Below, piece after piece: positions 19,088 to 27,635 of a stretch of DNA of 64,000 nt. The notes below the pieces were generated by a model. That model saw only the letters and a program-made list of their open reading frames with translations, was not told the DNA's origin and did no database searches. Numbering within the stretch: position 1 is the first letter of the stretch; the number at the start of each line of letters is the position of its first letter. Where the stretch lies: positions 4,176 through 68,175 of the forward strand of contig JBBQRS010000009.1 in assembly GCA_038214535.1 (NCBI GenBank), read 5' to 3'. Source of the DNA: Anaerolineae bacterium. GTDB taxonomy: Bacteria > Chloroflexota > Anaerolineae > CG2-30-64-16. The position numbers and the translations under genes are program-made.

Positions 19088-21286
19088 CTATCTCCGCAAT
19101 TCCAGTGTGGGGTCACCCAATAAGTTAAAAGTCAGCAACACCTCGCGTACCCCCGCGGTCTGATCGGTAACGCTCGTCTGCGCCTGCAACACCGCGTCGC
19201 CCAGCCGGGCTGCGTTGTCCTGGCCGCCCGGCCTGATTGCCAGCGCGTCTGCCAGGGCCTGCGAAAGGGGTCTTTGATCCGCCAGCAACGCTGCGCCGGA
19301 GGGCACCAGCGCCGCGACTGCGCCGCCACCCGCGTGTCGCACCAGCGCCTCACCCAGCGATACGGTCGAGGGGTGTACGAAGAACCCGCTCAGGCACGTG
19401 ACCGTGAAAACGACGGGCAGGCGATCTCCATTCTTCAACGCCGGTACATCCTCGACTTTCAGGATGCCTTCCTGCGCCCAGAGCGTCACGCTGCCGTGGC
19501 CGGTGTAACCCATCAGCCCGACCCCGGCGTCGAACGCGCCCAACACAGCCGTGCGCGCCGCGCTTCCATCGCCCGTCACCGGCGCGACCTCGGCCTGAAA
19601 CCCCGTCAGCCTCGCCCCGAACGCCTGCGCCTCGACCAGGAAGTCGGGATCATCGTTATCGGCGGGCAAAATTGCCTGGCGTCGCCATCCGGCTGCTGCG
19701 TTGCCCTGCTCATAAGCGAGGGTCTTGGCGACCATCGCACGCACCTGTTCGGACGTCTGCGCCGGGAGCCGGCCCACCGCCATGACTGGTTTCAACGATG
19801 GGGCGGCGTCGCCTGCCTTCAAGGTGATGCCATCTCCCTCAAAAACGGTGGGCGGCAACGCGTACCATACGTCTGATGCGGTCCAACCCGTGTAGGTTGT
19901 GGCGATGAACTGGGCAGGGATGATATCCTTCTCGGCCCCAGCGAGATAGCCGGATGGATCGTAGGAGGCGTCGCCGACCAGAAGGAGATAGGCAGGGGCG
20001 GGCGCAGACCAATTTGCCCGCGCATATTGCACGAGGTCGCGGATTGCCGACGGGTCGGGCCGGCTGCGGCTGAACGCGTCATATACCGCCGCCGCATCCA
20101 GCACGGCCACGCGCAGACCAGCCTTCTCGCGCGCCGCGATGAGCGGCTGGAGCGCCTCGCGGAACTCGGGCGCAGTTACGACGATCACGTCTGCGCCGCC
20201 GGGCCACCCGGGCAGGCTGCCGGGTGCAACGCCCGCGATGGATGCGGGCTGGAGTAAGCCATCCTTGAGTGCAACCACGTAACGTCGCGCCGTCCCATCG
20301 GAGCCGAAGCGCAACGCGCCATCGGCAATCGCATATCCGGTCAGGGGTTGGGGCTGTGCGGGGTCGGTCACATCCCACACGGCGAGGTCATCGGGTTGCA
20401 ATCGCCCGGCGGTCAACGCGACGCGGAAGCCGGACGCCTGGCCACCAAATTCCAGCGGTGCAGCGCCGGCGACGAGCGGGCGCTGATAGGTCACTTCGGC
20501 CCAGTCCACCAGCACGGAATCGGCAGGCGCGCCCGTGTCGCCGGGCGCGGTGAGTTTGAGGCGATTTTCGCCGGGTTTCAGCAGGCCCGCGGGCAGCGGC
20601 AGCTCCACGAGGTGCGTGCCGCGGCCGTCCCACGTCGTTTCGCCCAGCGCGACGTCGTTCATCGTGAGGATGATCCGATGGTCGGGGTTGACCGGGGCCA
20701 TGGACTCGGCCCACAGGCGCAGCCGGAGCAGGCCTTCCGCGGGCAGCGGGTCAACTATTGCGAACGGGATTTCAAAATCGGCGGGCGCAAAGAGCGAGGT
20801 CCAGAACCAGCGGTCGCCGCCCGGCTCGGCATCGGGCAGGTAACGCTTTTGCTCCTCCGCGCGCACCGTGACCCAACCCGTATCGGTCAGATTGGCGTCC
20901 GCGGGCGGGGGGGCCGGTTGCGCTGCCGCTGACCCCTGACCGGCCGCCAGCCGGTACACATTGCGGTAAGATTGGCCCGGACGGCGATTCGCCCGGCCAT
21001 AGAAGCGCACGGCGGCTTGTTCGTCCTCTCCCACGCGTTCCAGGGCGACGGGGCGACCATCCACGCTCAGGGACAACCCGGCGGCATCTGTTACGGCCAA
21101 CCCTGTGTTGCGTAGGGCGTCGAGCGAGAGGGAATACAGGCCATCTTCTCCGATCACCAGTTTGACGGCGGCGATGGTCTGCGGCGCGGGCGGGGTCTGC
21201 GGGGTCTTCGACGTGCAGGCGGCGACCGCAAGCAAGAGCAGGAGCGGCAAAATCCACTTCCGCCGCAGGGCGCGTGGGGGCGTCAT
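19088..21286 (-). CDS. C25-family (gingipain-like) cysteine peptidase, paralog 1, secreted or lipoprotein.
   Basis: 'LMGYTGHGSVTLWAQ' (catalytic His region) and 'LPVVFTVTCLSGFF' (catalytic Cys region). Signal peptide LLLLLAVAACTS. Start trimmed to MTPPRALRRKW to avoid overlapping the upstream gene. Confidence 0.75.
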   Translation of the reverse strand: MTPPRALRRKWILPLLLLLAVAACTSKTPQTPPAPQTIAAVKLVIGEDGLYSLSLDALRNTGLAVTDAAGLSLSVDGRPVALERVGEDEQAAVRFYGRANRRPGQSYRNVYRLAAGQGSAAAQPAPPPADANLTDTGWVTVRAEEQKRYLPDAEPGGDRWFWTSLFAPADFEIPFAIVDPLPAEGLLRLRLWAESMAPVNPDHRIILTMNDVALGETTWDGRGTHLVELPLPAGLLKPGENRLKLTAPGDTGAPADSVLVDWAEVTYQRPLVAGAAPLEFGGQASGFRVALTAGRLQPDDLAVWDVTDPAQPQPLTGYAIADGALRFGSDGTARRYVVALKDGLLQPASIAGVAPGSLPGWPGGADVIVVTAPEFREALQPLIAAREKAGLRVAVLDAAAVYDAFSRSRPDPSAIRDLVQYARANWSAPAPAYLLLVGDASYDPSGYLAGAEKDIIPAQFIATTYTGWTASDVWYALPPTVFEGDGITLKAGDAAPSLKPVMAVGRLPAQTSEQVRAMVAKTLAYEQGNAAAGWRRQAILPADNDDPDFLVEAQAFGARLTGFQAEVAPVTGDGSAARTAVLGAFDAGVGLMGYTGHGSVTLWAQEGILKVEDVPALKNGDRLPVVFTVTCLSGFFVHPSTVSLGEALVRHAGGGAVAALVPSGAALLADQRPLSQALADALAIRPGGQDNAARLGDAVLQAQTSVTDQTAGVREVLLTFNLLGDPTLELRR

Positions 21287-21296
21287 GGCAGGTATC

Positions 21297-22283
21297 TCAG
21301 GGACGGCGCATGCGAAGCGCGGTCGCCGCGACCACACCGAGCGTTACGCCGACGGCCAGTGTCAGGGCGATCACCACCCCGATGGGCAGCCCCCCTTTGC
21401 TGCTTGCGTTCGTGTTCGCTATCGGGACCTGCGCATCGGTGGGCGTGTCCGCGGAAGCTTCGCTTCGCGCGGCAAATACTACCGGCGCAGGGGTCAGGGT
21501 CGGTGTTACGGTTGGGCGCGGCGTGTGCGACGGAGTTGCGGTCGGCGTTTCCGTGGGTAAGGGGGTGGGCGAAGGCGTCGGGATGGGCTGCGTTGCGGTC
21601 GCGGGCAATGGGATCGCTGCGAGGACCGGTTCGCCGGTCGGCCTGGTGACGACCCCCGGGCCGGGCTTCGGCGCCGGGACCGCGGGCACAACCGGCTGCT
21701 GAGGTTGCACCGGTGGAATGAGCGTCGCGGGCATCGGCGTCGGTGGTATGGGGGTGTTCGTATAGCGTCGCGTGGCGGTTGGCGGGTCGGTGCTGGTGGC
21801 TGTACCGGCAACATAGACCCAGCGGGTTGAAGTGGCGTTCGTCGTGCCGCCGGGATTCACGGGGCCATGCCACGACGAACCGCCCGCAGAGGTCAGCTCT
21901 TCCAGCCGGTAGTAGTAATTACGCCCTGCGATCAGCTCCGACGCGGGGTCTGTGTAGCTGTAGGTCGCGCCGGTGACGCTGTTGCCCTGCGCCTGTTGCG
22001 TGGCGACTACTTGCCCCACCATGTTCGGGCTTTCAGACCGATAGACGCGAAACGCCACCGTATCAATTTCGGTCGCGGTCTCCCACTCCACGAGGATGGA
22101 GCCGTCGCCCTGGCGTGTGGCCTTGAAGCTTTTGAGGGTGACCGACGCATCCACGCGATGCAGGGTTACCCCCGAGAGAAGCACCGTCACGGCCAGCAAC
22201 ATCACTGCCCAGACCCACATGACCGCGCGTCGCCCATTGTGAAAGTGTTTACGAGAATCCATATCCATCATCTTGCCTGCCAA
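21297..22283 (-). CDS. Membrane-anchored Fn3-like domain protein with a Pro/Thr-rich stalk and a C-terminal TM helix plus basic tail (P1).
   Basis: N-terminal TM/signal. Fn3-like 'ILVEWETATEIDTVAFRVYRSESP...YYYRLEELTSAGGSSWHGPV'. About 130-aa P/T-rich linker. C-terminus 'GLPIGVVIALTLAVGVTLGVVAATALRMRRP'. Start codon uncertain (TTG, or downstream ATGs). Confidence 0.65.
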   Translation of the reverse strand: MAGKMMDMDSRKHFHNGRRAVMWVWAVMLLAVTVLLSGVTLHRVDASVTLKSFKATRQGDGSILVEWETATEIDTVAFRVYRSESPNMVGQVVATQQAQGNSVTGATYSYTDPASELIAGRNYYYRLEELTSAGGSSWHGPVNPGGTTNATSTRWVYVAGTATSTDPPTATRRYTNTPIPPTPMPATLIPPVQPQQPVVPAVPAPKPGPGVVTRPTGEPVLAAIPLPATATQPIPTPSPTPLPTETPTATPSHTPRPTVTPTLTPAPVVFAARSEASADTPTDAQVPIANTNASSKGGLPIGVVIALTLAVGVTLGVVAATALRMRRP

Positions 22284-22335
22284 CCGCGCCGCTCCACATC
22301 ATCCTCAATACAATAAGAACCTGGCCGAAAACTCC

Positions 22336-22358
22336 GTAGTTTAGCCCCTCATGGGCGT
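22336..22358. repeat. Twenty-three-nt conserved intergenic motif, copy A (GTAGTTTAGCCCCTCATGGGCGT on the plus strand).
   Basis: Reverse complement ACGCCCATGAGGGGCTAAACTAC matches 36557-36578 (ACGCCCACGAGGGGCTAAACTAC) at 22 of 23 positions. Confidence 0.6.
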
Positions 22359-22406
22359 TGGCGACGGGTACAAGGCCCTAAGCTACGATTCGGATAGACA
22401 CAAACT

Positions 22407-24716
22407 TCAACGCAACACGTGCGGCAGATACGTCCATTCTTTGCCTGACGGCAATCGCATTGCCGGATCGCCATACAACGTCATGGTTGCCAGTACATAG
22501 TTATCCCCGTACTGGCGATAGAATTGCTCTTTCGCCAACTGAAGCGCCATGCCCAGCTCTGGCACATCGTTCCGGAACAGCTCGGTCATCACCAGCTTTC
22601 GGAGGTTCTGCTGATCGGGGGCCAGCCCCCGGCCGGTCGCCGAGATCGCCGCAATGGAACCCCCACCCTGTCGCAACAGCATGGTCTCCGCCATGCTGGG
22701 CGTCCCGGGATAGGCGAAGTACCCATCCAGACAGTTGAGCGTCATCACCACCGGCAGAGCACCGCCGTTTTGTAACCCTGCAACGTCTATTGTACGCCAG
22801 ATTTGCTCATGCGCCCAACTCGTGATCTCACCATGCCCGGTATAGTGGAGCATGAACGCCCCGCTCTGGATCGCGTTGGCGATGGCCTGACGCGCGGCGT
22901 CGGCGTTTGGGATGGCCGGGGTGTTCAGGTAAATCCGCTCGGCATACTGGTCGCGCGGGAGATCATCACGAATGATCTCATCGGATAGCGCCTGAAAGTT
23001 GCCGGCGTAATCGGGACCGTTGCTGTCGGTGTTGTCGGCCACAAATATCGAACGGCGCTGCCAGCGCGCCAGTCGCAGCGAATCGTCATAGGCAATGATC
23101 TTGCCGACCACCGTGTTGGCTTCGGCCAGCGTGTTTGCCGGGATGCGCCCGACGGCATATTCGGAGCGTCCGTCGCCGTTGGTGTCGCCGTACAGCGCAT
23201 CGGCGGGCGCCTCGCCCTGCCACGGGTCCACGAAAGCGAGATAAGGCGGCACGAGATTCGGCGCGGGCGGATACTTCGCCGGGTTGTACCCCTTGAAATT
23301 CCAGTGCCCATCTCCGAGCAACGTCAAGTACCTGGGCGACGCGCCTTCCCAGTGCGTTTGGGCCCAGGCCAGCATGGCCGGCACGGCGCGCGGGTGATAA
23401 ATCCCGTCATTGAATTCGTCCACCACATCGCGGAACAGCGCCACGATGGGACGACGGCCATGACTGATATGCCAGTTTGCCAGGGTTTGCGCCGCGGGCA
23501 ACAGACTTTCGTCGGTCACGATCACCACATCCGCGCCGCCGGCCGGCGCGCGTAGCGTCGTTGGGGGCCGCAGCCGCACCGACGCGGGCGCGTTCAGCGT
23601 CTCGACCGTTTGCAGCCAGGAGCGCGAGCTTGCGCCATCCTCGACGCGGAAGCGCGCCTGGAGGCCGCCCGCGCCGGGCTGGAACGCCGCGCCCGTCAAC
23701 CGGCGCGGCGATGCCGGCGTCGAGATGTCCCAGACCTCAACCTGATCGTTCGGCCAGCCCGAAGTCAGATATTCGTGCGTCCCCGGTGACTCGGCAGTGA
23801 AGCTCAGGCGGCCCGCATTGGCCCGGAAAAGCCGCCGATAATCCAGCTCTAGATAGTTGACATAAACATCATCCACGACCAGATTCGCCGGGACGAGCGC
23901 GCTCACCGCCGCCGTGTTCGCGCCTGCGGCCAGCAGCCCGCCCGGTACGTTGGTCTGGAAGACCCTACGCACTTTGCCGTCCCAGCTTTCATCGAGCAGC
24001 GGCGCGCCGTTAAGAGTGATCGTCGTGCGATGATCGGGGGCGTAGTTGTTGTTATAGCCGCGCGCAACCACTTCCACGCGCAGGGTCGCCGCGGCGCTGG
24101 GCGCAGGGTCGGGGACAAAGAGGCTCAGGTTGGCGGTCGCCGGGGCCGTGACGGCGGTCAGTCGCGCCCAGAACCATGTATCTTGCGTATCCAGCTTGAG
24201 CGTGTCCAGCGACCACCACTCCAGCGATTCTTCGGCGTGCAGGGTGTCGGGGAAATCGGCCGGCGGGGTGAGGTTGCCCTGCGGCGCGGCGGCAATGTCA
24301 AGGACGCGCGGCCCAGGCGCGCCGCCCATGTCCAGCCAGTAAACGCGTTCATCGGTATATTTTTGCTGCATCTCCGGGCCGCGAAAACGTTGGCCGTAGA
24401 AGATCAGCCGGTCATCGGGATCGAAGCGGCCATCGGCCTCGCCCGTGACGCGCACGGCCACCGGTTGCCCCATGCTGCTCAGCGCGAACGTCAGCGGGTT
24501 GACGGAAGCTGGGTCAATGCCTGCGGCGGCCAAGTCTTGCGGGCGTAGGACGGTGAGGCCGTCCGTGGTCACGCCGATGCGGAGGCGTGTGGTTCCATCC
24601 GGTTGGGCGAGGTTTGGTTGGGCATGGCCGGTTGGGGCAGGAAGGAGGGCGGCGAGGACGGCGACAAGAACGAACGCGCGGATCAGGCGCAATGTAAATT
24701 GGCGGGTTTGATTCAT
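22407..24716 (-). CDS. C25-family (gingipain-like) cysteine peptidase, paralog 2, secreted.
   Basis: 'MLHYTGHGEITSWAHEQ' and 'LPVVMTLNCLDGYF'. Signal peptide. Overall collinear with paralog 1. Confidence 0.75.
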   Translation of the reverse strand: MNQTRQFTLRLIRAFVLVAVLAALLPAPTGHAQPNLAQPDGTTRLRIGVTTDGLTVLRPQDLAAAGIDPASVNPLTFALSSMGQPVAVRVTGEADGRFDPDDRLIFYGQRFRGPEMQQKYTDERVYWLDMGGAPGPRVLDIAAAPQGNLTPPADFPDTLHAEESLEWWSLDTLKLDTQDTWFWARLTAVTAPATANLSLFVPDPAPSAAATLRVEVVARGYNNNYAPDHRTTITLNGAPLLDESWDGKVRRVFQTNVPGGLLAAGANTAAVSALVPANLVVDDVYVNYLELDYRRLFRANAGRLSFTAESPGTHEYLTSGWPNDQVEVWDISTPASPRRLTGAAFQPGAGGLQARFRVEDGASSRSWLQTVETLNAPASVRLRPPTTLRAPAGGADVVIVTDESLLPAAQTLANWHISHGRRPIVALFRDVVDEFNDGIYHPRAVPAMLAWAQTHWEGASPRYLTLLGDGHWNFKGYNPAKYPPAPNLVPPYLAFVDPWQGEAPADALYGDTNGDGRSEYAVGRIPANTLAEANTVVGKIIAYDDSLRLARWQRRSIFVADNTDSNGPDYAGNFQALSDEIIRDDLPRDQYAERIYLNTPAIPNADAARQAIANAIQSGAFMLHYTGHGEITSWAHEQIWRTIDVAGLQNGGALPVVMTLNCLDGYFAYPGTPSMAETMLLRQGGGSIAAISATGRGLAPDQQNLRKLVMTELFRNDVPELGMALQLAKEQFYRQYGDNYVLATMTLYGDPAMRLPSGKEWTYLPHVLR

Positions 24717-24728
24717 AGAGGAAACATT

Positions 24729-25352
24729 TTACCGCGTGGAGGTCTTGTATGCAAAGATGCCCTGTCGTATCGCCCCAACCAGCGTGTCAAATGGGGGCTG
24801 GGTCATCTTGCGGCCCCTCTGACTCAGCGACTCAAACAGCGTCTTGCGCAGGCCATAGCTGATTTCGAGCTGGCAGCCCTGCCCGGTCGCGCCCCGATTG
24901 CAGATGTTGTCCGGCTCCTGTCCTGCGAGGTCGCGGTTGATGGTTCCGCGAGTGGTGAAACCCGCGGCCATCAGGGCGTCCATCATGTGGCGACTCAGTT
25001 CAACATTGCGCCCACCCAGATAGATGACCGGTTCTTCACCCGCGCAACCGTGGAGGGCCAACACAACACGGTGTTTTGCAACAAGTTCCCGGCATGACGG
25101 TTCGTCAAATCGCGTGCTGGTGATGTGCAGCATTTCGTTACGACGCAATTTCACGCCCTCGAAGCAGTAGAACGAATACGATTCCCCTGCGACCGCCCGG
25201 GCGATCTCACCGGTTCCCGGTTCGATGCCGCCGGCATGGGGCGCAACGATGATGACCGGCGCAAGACGTTCACGATCCGTGATGCGATAGTCCTGGCCAA
25301 CGACTTCAACGGACGCTAAATCGGCGAAGCGCGCGTAACGGTCACGAGGCAT
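24729..25352 (-). CDS. Poly-gamma-glutamate hydrolase (PghP/YjqB, PF05908-like) family protein.
   Basis: 'IIVAPHAGGIEPGTGEIA' and 'LALHGCAGEEPVIYLGGRN' resemble the PghP zinc-site motifs. About 200 aa. Confidence 0.55.
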   Translation of the reverse strand: MPRDRYARFADLASVEVVGQDYRITDRERLAPVIIVAPHAGGIEPGTGEIARAVAGESYSFYCFEGVKLRRNEMLHITSTRFDEPSCRELVAKHRVVLALHGCAGEEPVIYLGGRNVELSRHMMDALMAAGFTTRGTINRDLAGQEPDNICNRGATGQGCQLEISYGLRKTLFESLSQRGRKMTQPPFDTLVGAIRQGIFAYKTSTR

Positions 25353-25776
25353 TGGCGTTTGCGGCGCGCTGCTGACCCCCGCGCACCCATAGGAAGATCA
25401 CGAATCCGGCCAGCCCGCCCAGAATCAGCGCGTGCCGCCAATCGAACGCGGAAGTTCGGCTTGCCACCGGCCCGTGCAGGTTGACTGCCCCGGATTTCTC
25501 GATCTCCTGGAGCTGATAGTAATACGTCACGCCGGGCCGCGCGGTCGTATCCTCGAAGGTGTATTCCCCGCCGACCAGTGGATCGCTCGCCGGGGGGATG
25601 AGTTGCGGGTTGACCTTCACGTCGAACGGCCCATCCGGCGATTCGCCCCGATACAGGTTGAAGCCCGCCGTGTTGATCTCGCTCTCGGTGCTCCATTCCA
25701 CCCGCACCGATGAAGTGCAGCCGGCGAGCAGCAGGGCCAGGAGGAGCCACATGACAGGGCGCGGCGCGCGTGACAT
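25342..25776 (-). CDS. Lipoprotein with an Fn3-like domain and a C-terminal TM helix, paralog of P1 (P2).
   Basis: Start set at MSRAPRPVMWLLLALLLAGC (lipobox LAGC). 'VEWSTESEINTAGFNLYRGESP...YYYQLQEIEKSGAVNLHGPV'. C-terminal 'ALILGGLAGFVIFLWVRGG'. Confidence 0.6.
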   Translation of the reverse strand: MSRAPRPVMWLLLALLLAGCTSSVRVEWSTESEINTAGFNLYRGESPDGPFDVKVNPQLIPPASDPLVGGEYTFEDTTARPGVTYYYQLQEIEKSGAVNLHGPVASRTSAFDWRHALILGGLAGFVIFLWVRGGQQRAANANAS

Positions 25777-25787
25777 AGAGCGCAAGC

Positions 25788-27635
25788 CTATTCTACGCCC
25801 GTCGGGCATTCGAACAGGTGATCCGTGTCGAGCCAGCCCTGCCAGCGACAGCGGCCCGAGCTGAGATAGATGGGCCACGGCGGTACACCGGCCTGCTTCC
25901 GCACGGTCAGCGCGTAGGGCAAGGGTTGCACCGTGCGCGGCAGCCGGTAATCGAGCCGAACAACGTGGCTGTCGCCGGGGCGCAGCACGAAGACACCGGC
26001 GATCACCGTGGTGTCGGCTTCGCCGGTCTCGACCAGTACGCGCTCCAGCCCGTCCGTCGCCGTCACCTCGGCCCCCGGGGGCACGTACACGCGCAGATAA
26101 TCCCAGAAGCAGCGCCGCACCATTTCGTTATAGGAATCCCCATAGCGCGGCGTCCGGTCGCACGCCTGGTCGGGCGGCAGGGGCTGCGCTCCGTGGGTAT
26201 AGGTGATCAGCAGCGTCGCATTCAACAACCCTTCATTATTGCTCACCCGATAATCAATCATGTTTCGGATGGCCGCGCTGGTCTTGTTGAAGCTCAGGTT
26301 GCTGTCAACCACCGCCAGATAGTCCTGGCCGGGGACGGGGCGCATCGCGCCGTCCCAGCCCTGCTCGGCCAACAGCGTCGAGATCGTGGGATCGTCCACG
26401 AAGATCTGCAAATGACGCCCGTTCAGCATCGTAATCAAGGCTTTCGCCAACGCCGTTGGGTTCAAATCCGCGCCGCTTTGCAGCCGGGTCAGCGCCGTCG
26501 ATACCAGGTCGCCCATGAAGTCTTTGCGCTTGAACCACCAGTCTCCCGTGGCAGAGGAAGCCACCGTTTCGGTGCTGTCGGCGGGGCGTTCCCAGGCGCG
26601 TTTCATGTTATCCACGAGGTTGTCGGCGGTTACCGGCCCCTCGATGCCGGGTACATCCAGCGGCCCCAGCGCTTCCACCAACAGGCGCACGGCTTCCATA
26701 TCGAGCGCGATGACGCCATCGGTGTAGACGTCCTGGTCCTGGGCGTAAAGGGAACGCGCAACTTCGGCGCTGGTGGGGAAATCCGGCGACCAGTTGCTAT
26801 CGCGCAGCAGCAGCATTTGCGCGCCCATCCACTCGCTCAACGGCAGCGGCGGCGACGGATGCGGCTTCGACAGGTCGTCTGCCGCATAGCTGTCCGCCAT
26901 CTTGAGGTCGGTCAGCCGTCCGCCTTCGAAGCGCGCAACCCCCGCGCCGCTGATGAAGCCGCCGGTGGGGCGCATTTCATCGTTGTTCTGCGCCAGAATC
27001 AGGTAAGAGCGAGGTTCATCCACGCCCAGCAGCACAGGCGCAATCTGTGCGGCCTGCAATCCCACCCGCGCTAGGGGCAAGATGCGGTCTACCTGTGCCA
27101 TCTGGCCCTGGAAGCGCCCCGGCAGCGGTTGGGTGATGGATGCCCGGGCGGCCTCCGCGCGCGCGATGTGTTCTTCGGCGGCGGCCAACTCGGGTTGCGC
27201 GGCCTGCAACGCAGCGACCACTTGCCCCAACCCGTCGCCCGCGCCGTGCTCGCGCAGGCCCACGAGCGCAGGCCGCAATGCCGTCAGGGCTTGATTCCCG
27301 CCGGTTGCGGTTTCCACCGCCATATCCAGCAGCGCCGGGGCCGACCCTGCCAGCGGGCCGACTTTGGGCAACCAGCCAAATGCGGGGGCGAGAGGCATGA
27401 AGGGCCCGACGGCGCTGCGCACGGCTTTAAGGTGCGTCTCCAGGGCCGCCATCTCCGGGGCGACGGCGTCGAGCGCCGCCATGTCGGGGTTATCGGCCGC
27501 GGCCTGGATGCGATCCAATGCAGCCAGAGCCTTGCGCGTTTCTGTGGCCGCGCGGATCGCGCTGAACCCCACCCAGATCACCAGCAGCAGCAGGGCGACG
27601 CCGGCAACCATCAGGATGCGTCGTTTGTTGGTCAT
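25788..27635 (-). CDS. DUF4012 domain membrane-anchored protein.
   Basis: N-terminal TM helix followed by a ~580-aa extracytoplasmic domain containing 'ILAQNNDEMRPTGGFISGAGV', reminiscent of DUF4012. Four-nt overlap with the next gene. Confidence 0.55.
   Translation of the reverse strand: MTNKRRILMVAGVALLLLVIWVGFSAIRAATETRKALAALDRIQAAADNPDMAALDAVAPEMAALETHLKAVRSAVGPFMPLAPAFGWLPKVGPLAGSAPALLDMAVETATGGNQALTALRPALVGLREHGAGDGLGQVVAALQAAQPELAAAEEHIARAEAARASITQPLPGRFQGQMAQVDRILPLARVGLQAAQIAPVLLGVDEPRSYLILAQNNDEMRPTGGFISGAGVARFEGGRLTDLKMADSYAADDLSKPHPSPPLPLSEWMGAQMLLLRDSNWSPDFPTSAEVARSLYAQDQDVYTDGVIALDMEAVRLLVEALGPLDVPGIEGPVTADNLVDNMKRAWERPADSTETVASSATGDWWFKRKDFMGDLVSTALTRLQSGADLNPTALAKALITMLNGRHLQIFVDDPTISTLLAEQGWDGAMRPVPGQDYLAVVDSNLSFNKTSAAIRNMIDYRVSNNEGLLNATLLITYTHGAQPLPPDQACDRTPRYGDSYNEMVRRCFWDYLRVYVPPGAEVTATDGLERVLVETGEADTTVIAGVFVLRPGDSHVVRLDYRLPRTVQPLPYALTVRKQAGVPPWPIYLSSGRCRWQGWLDTDHLFECPTGVE

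Noticed and set aside
25818-27074. 418-aa plus-strand ORF, and 27797-28987 plus-strand 396-aa ORF.
   Set aside because: They are antisense to the DUF4012 and DUF2723 genes. The products are His/Arg/Gln-rich nonsense with no domains.
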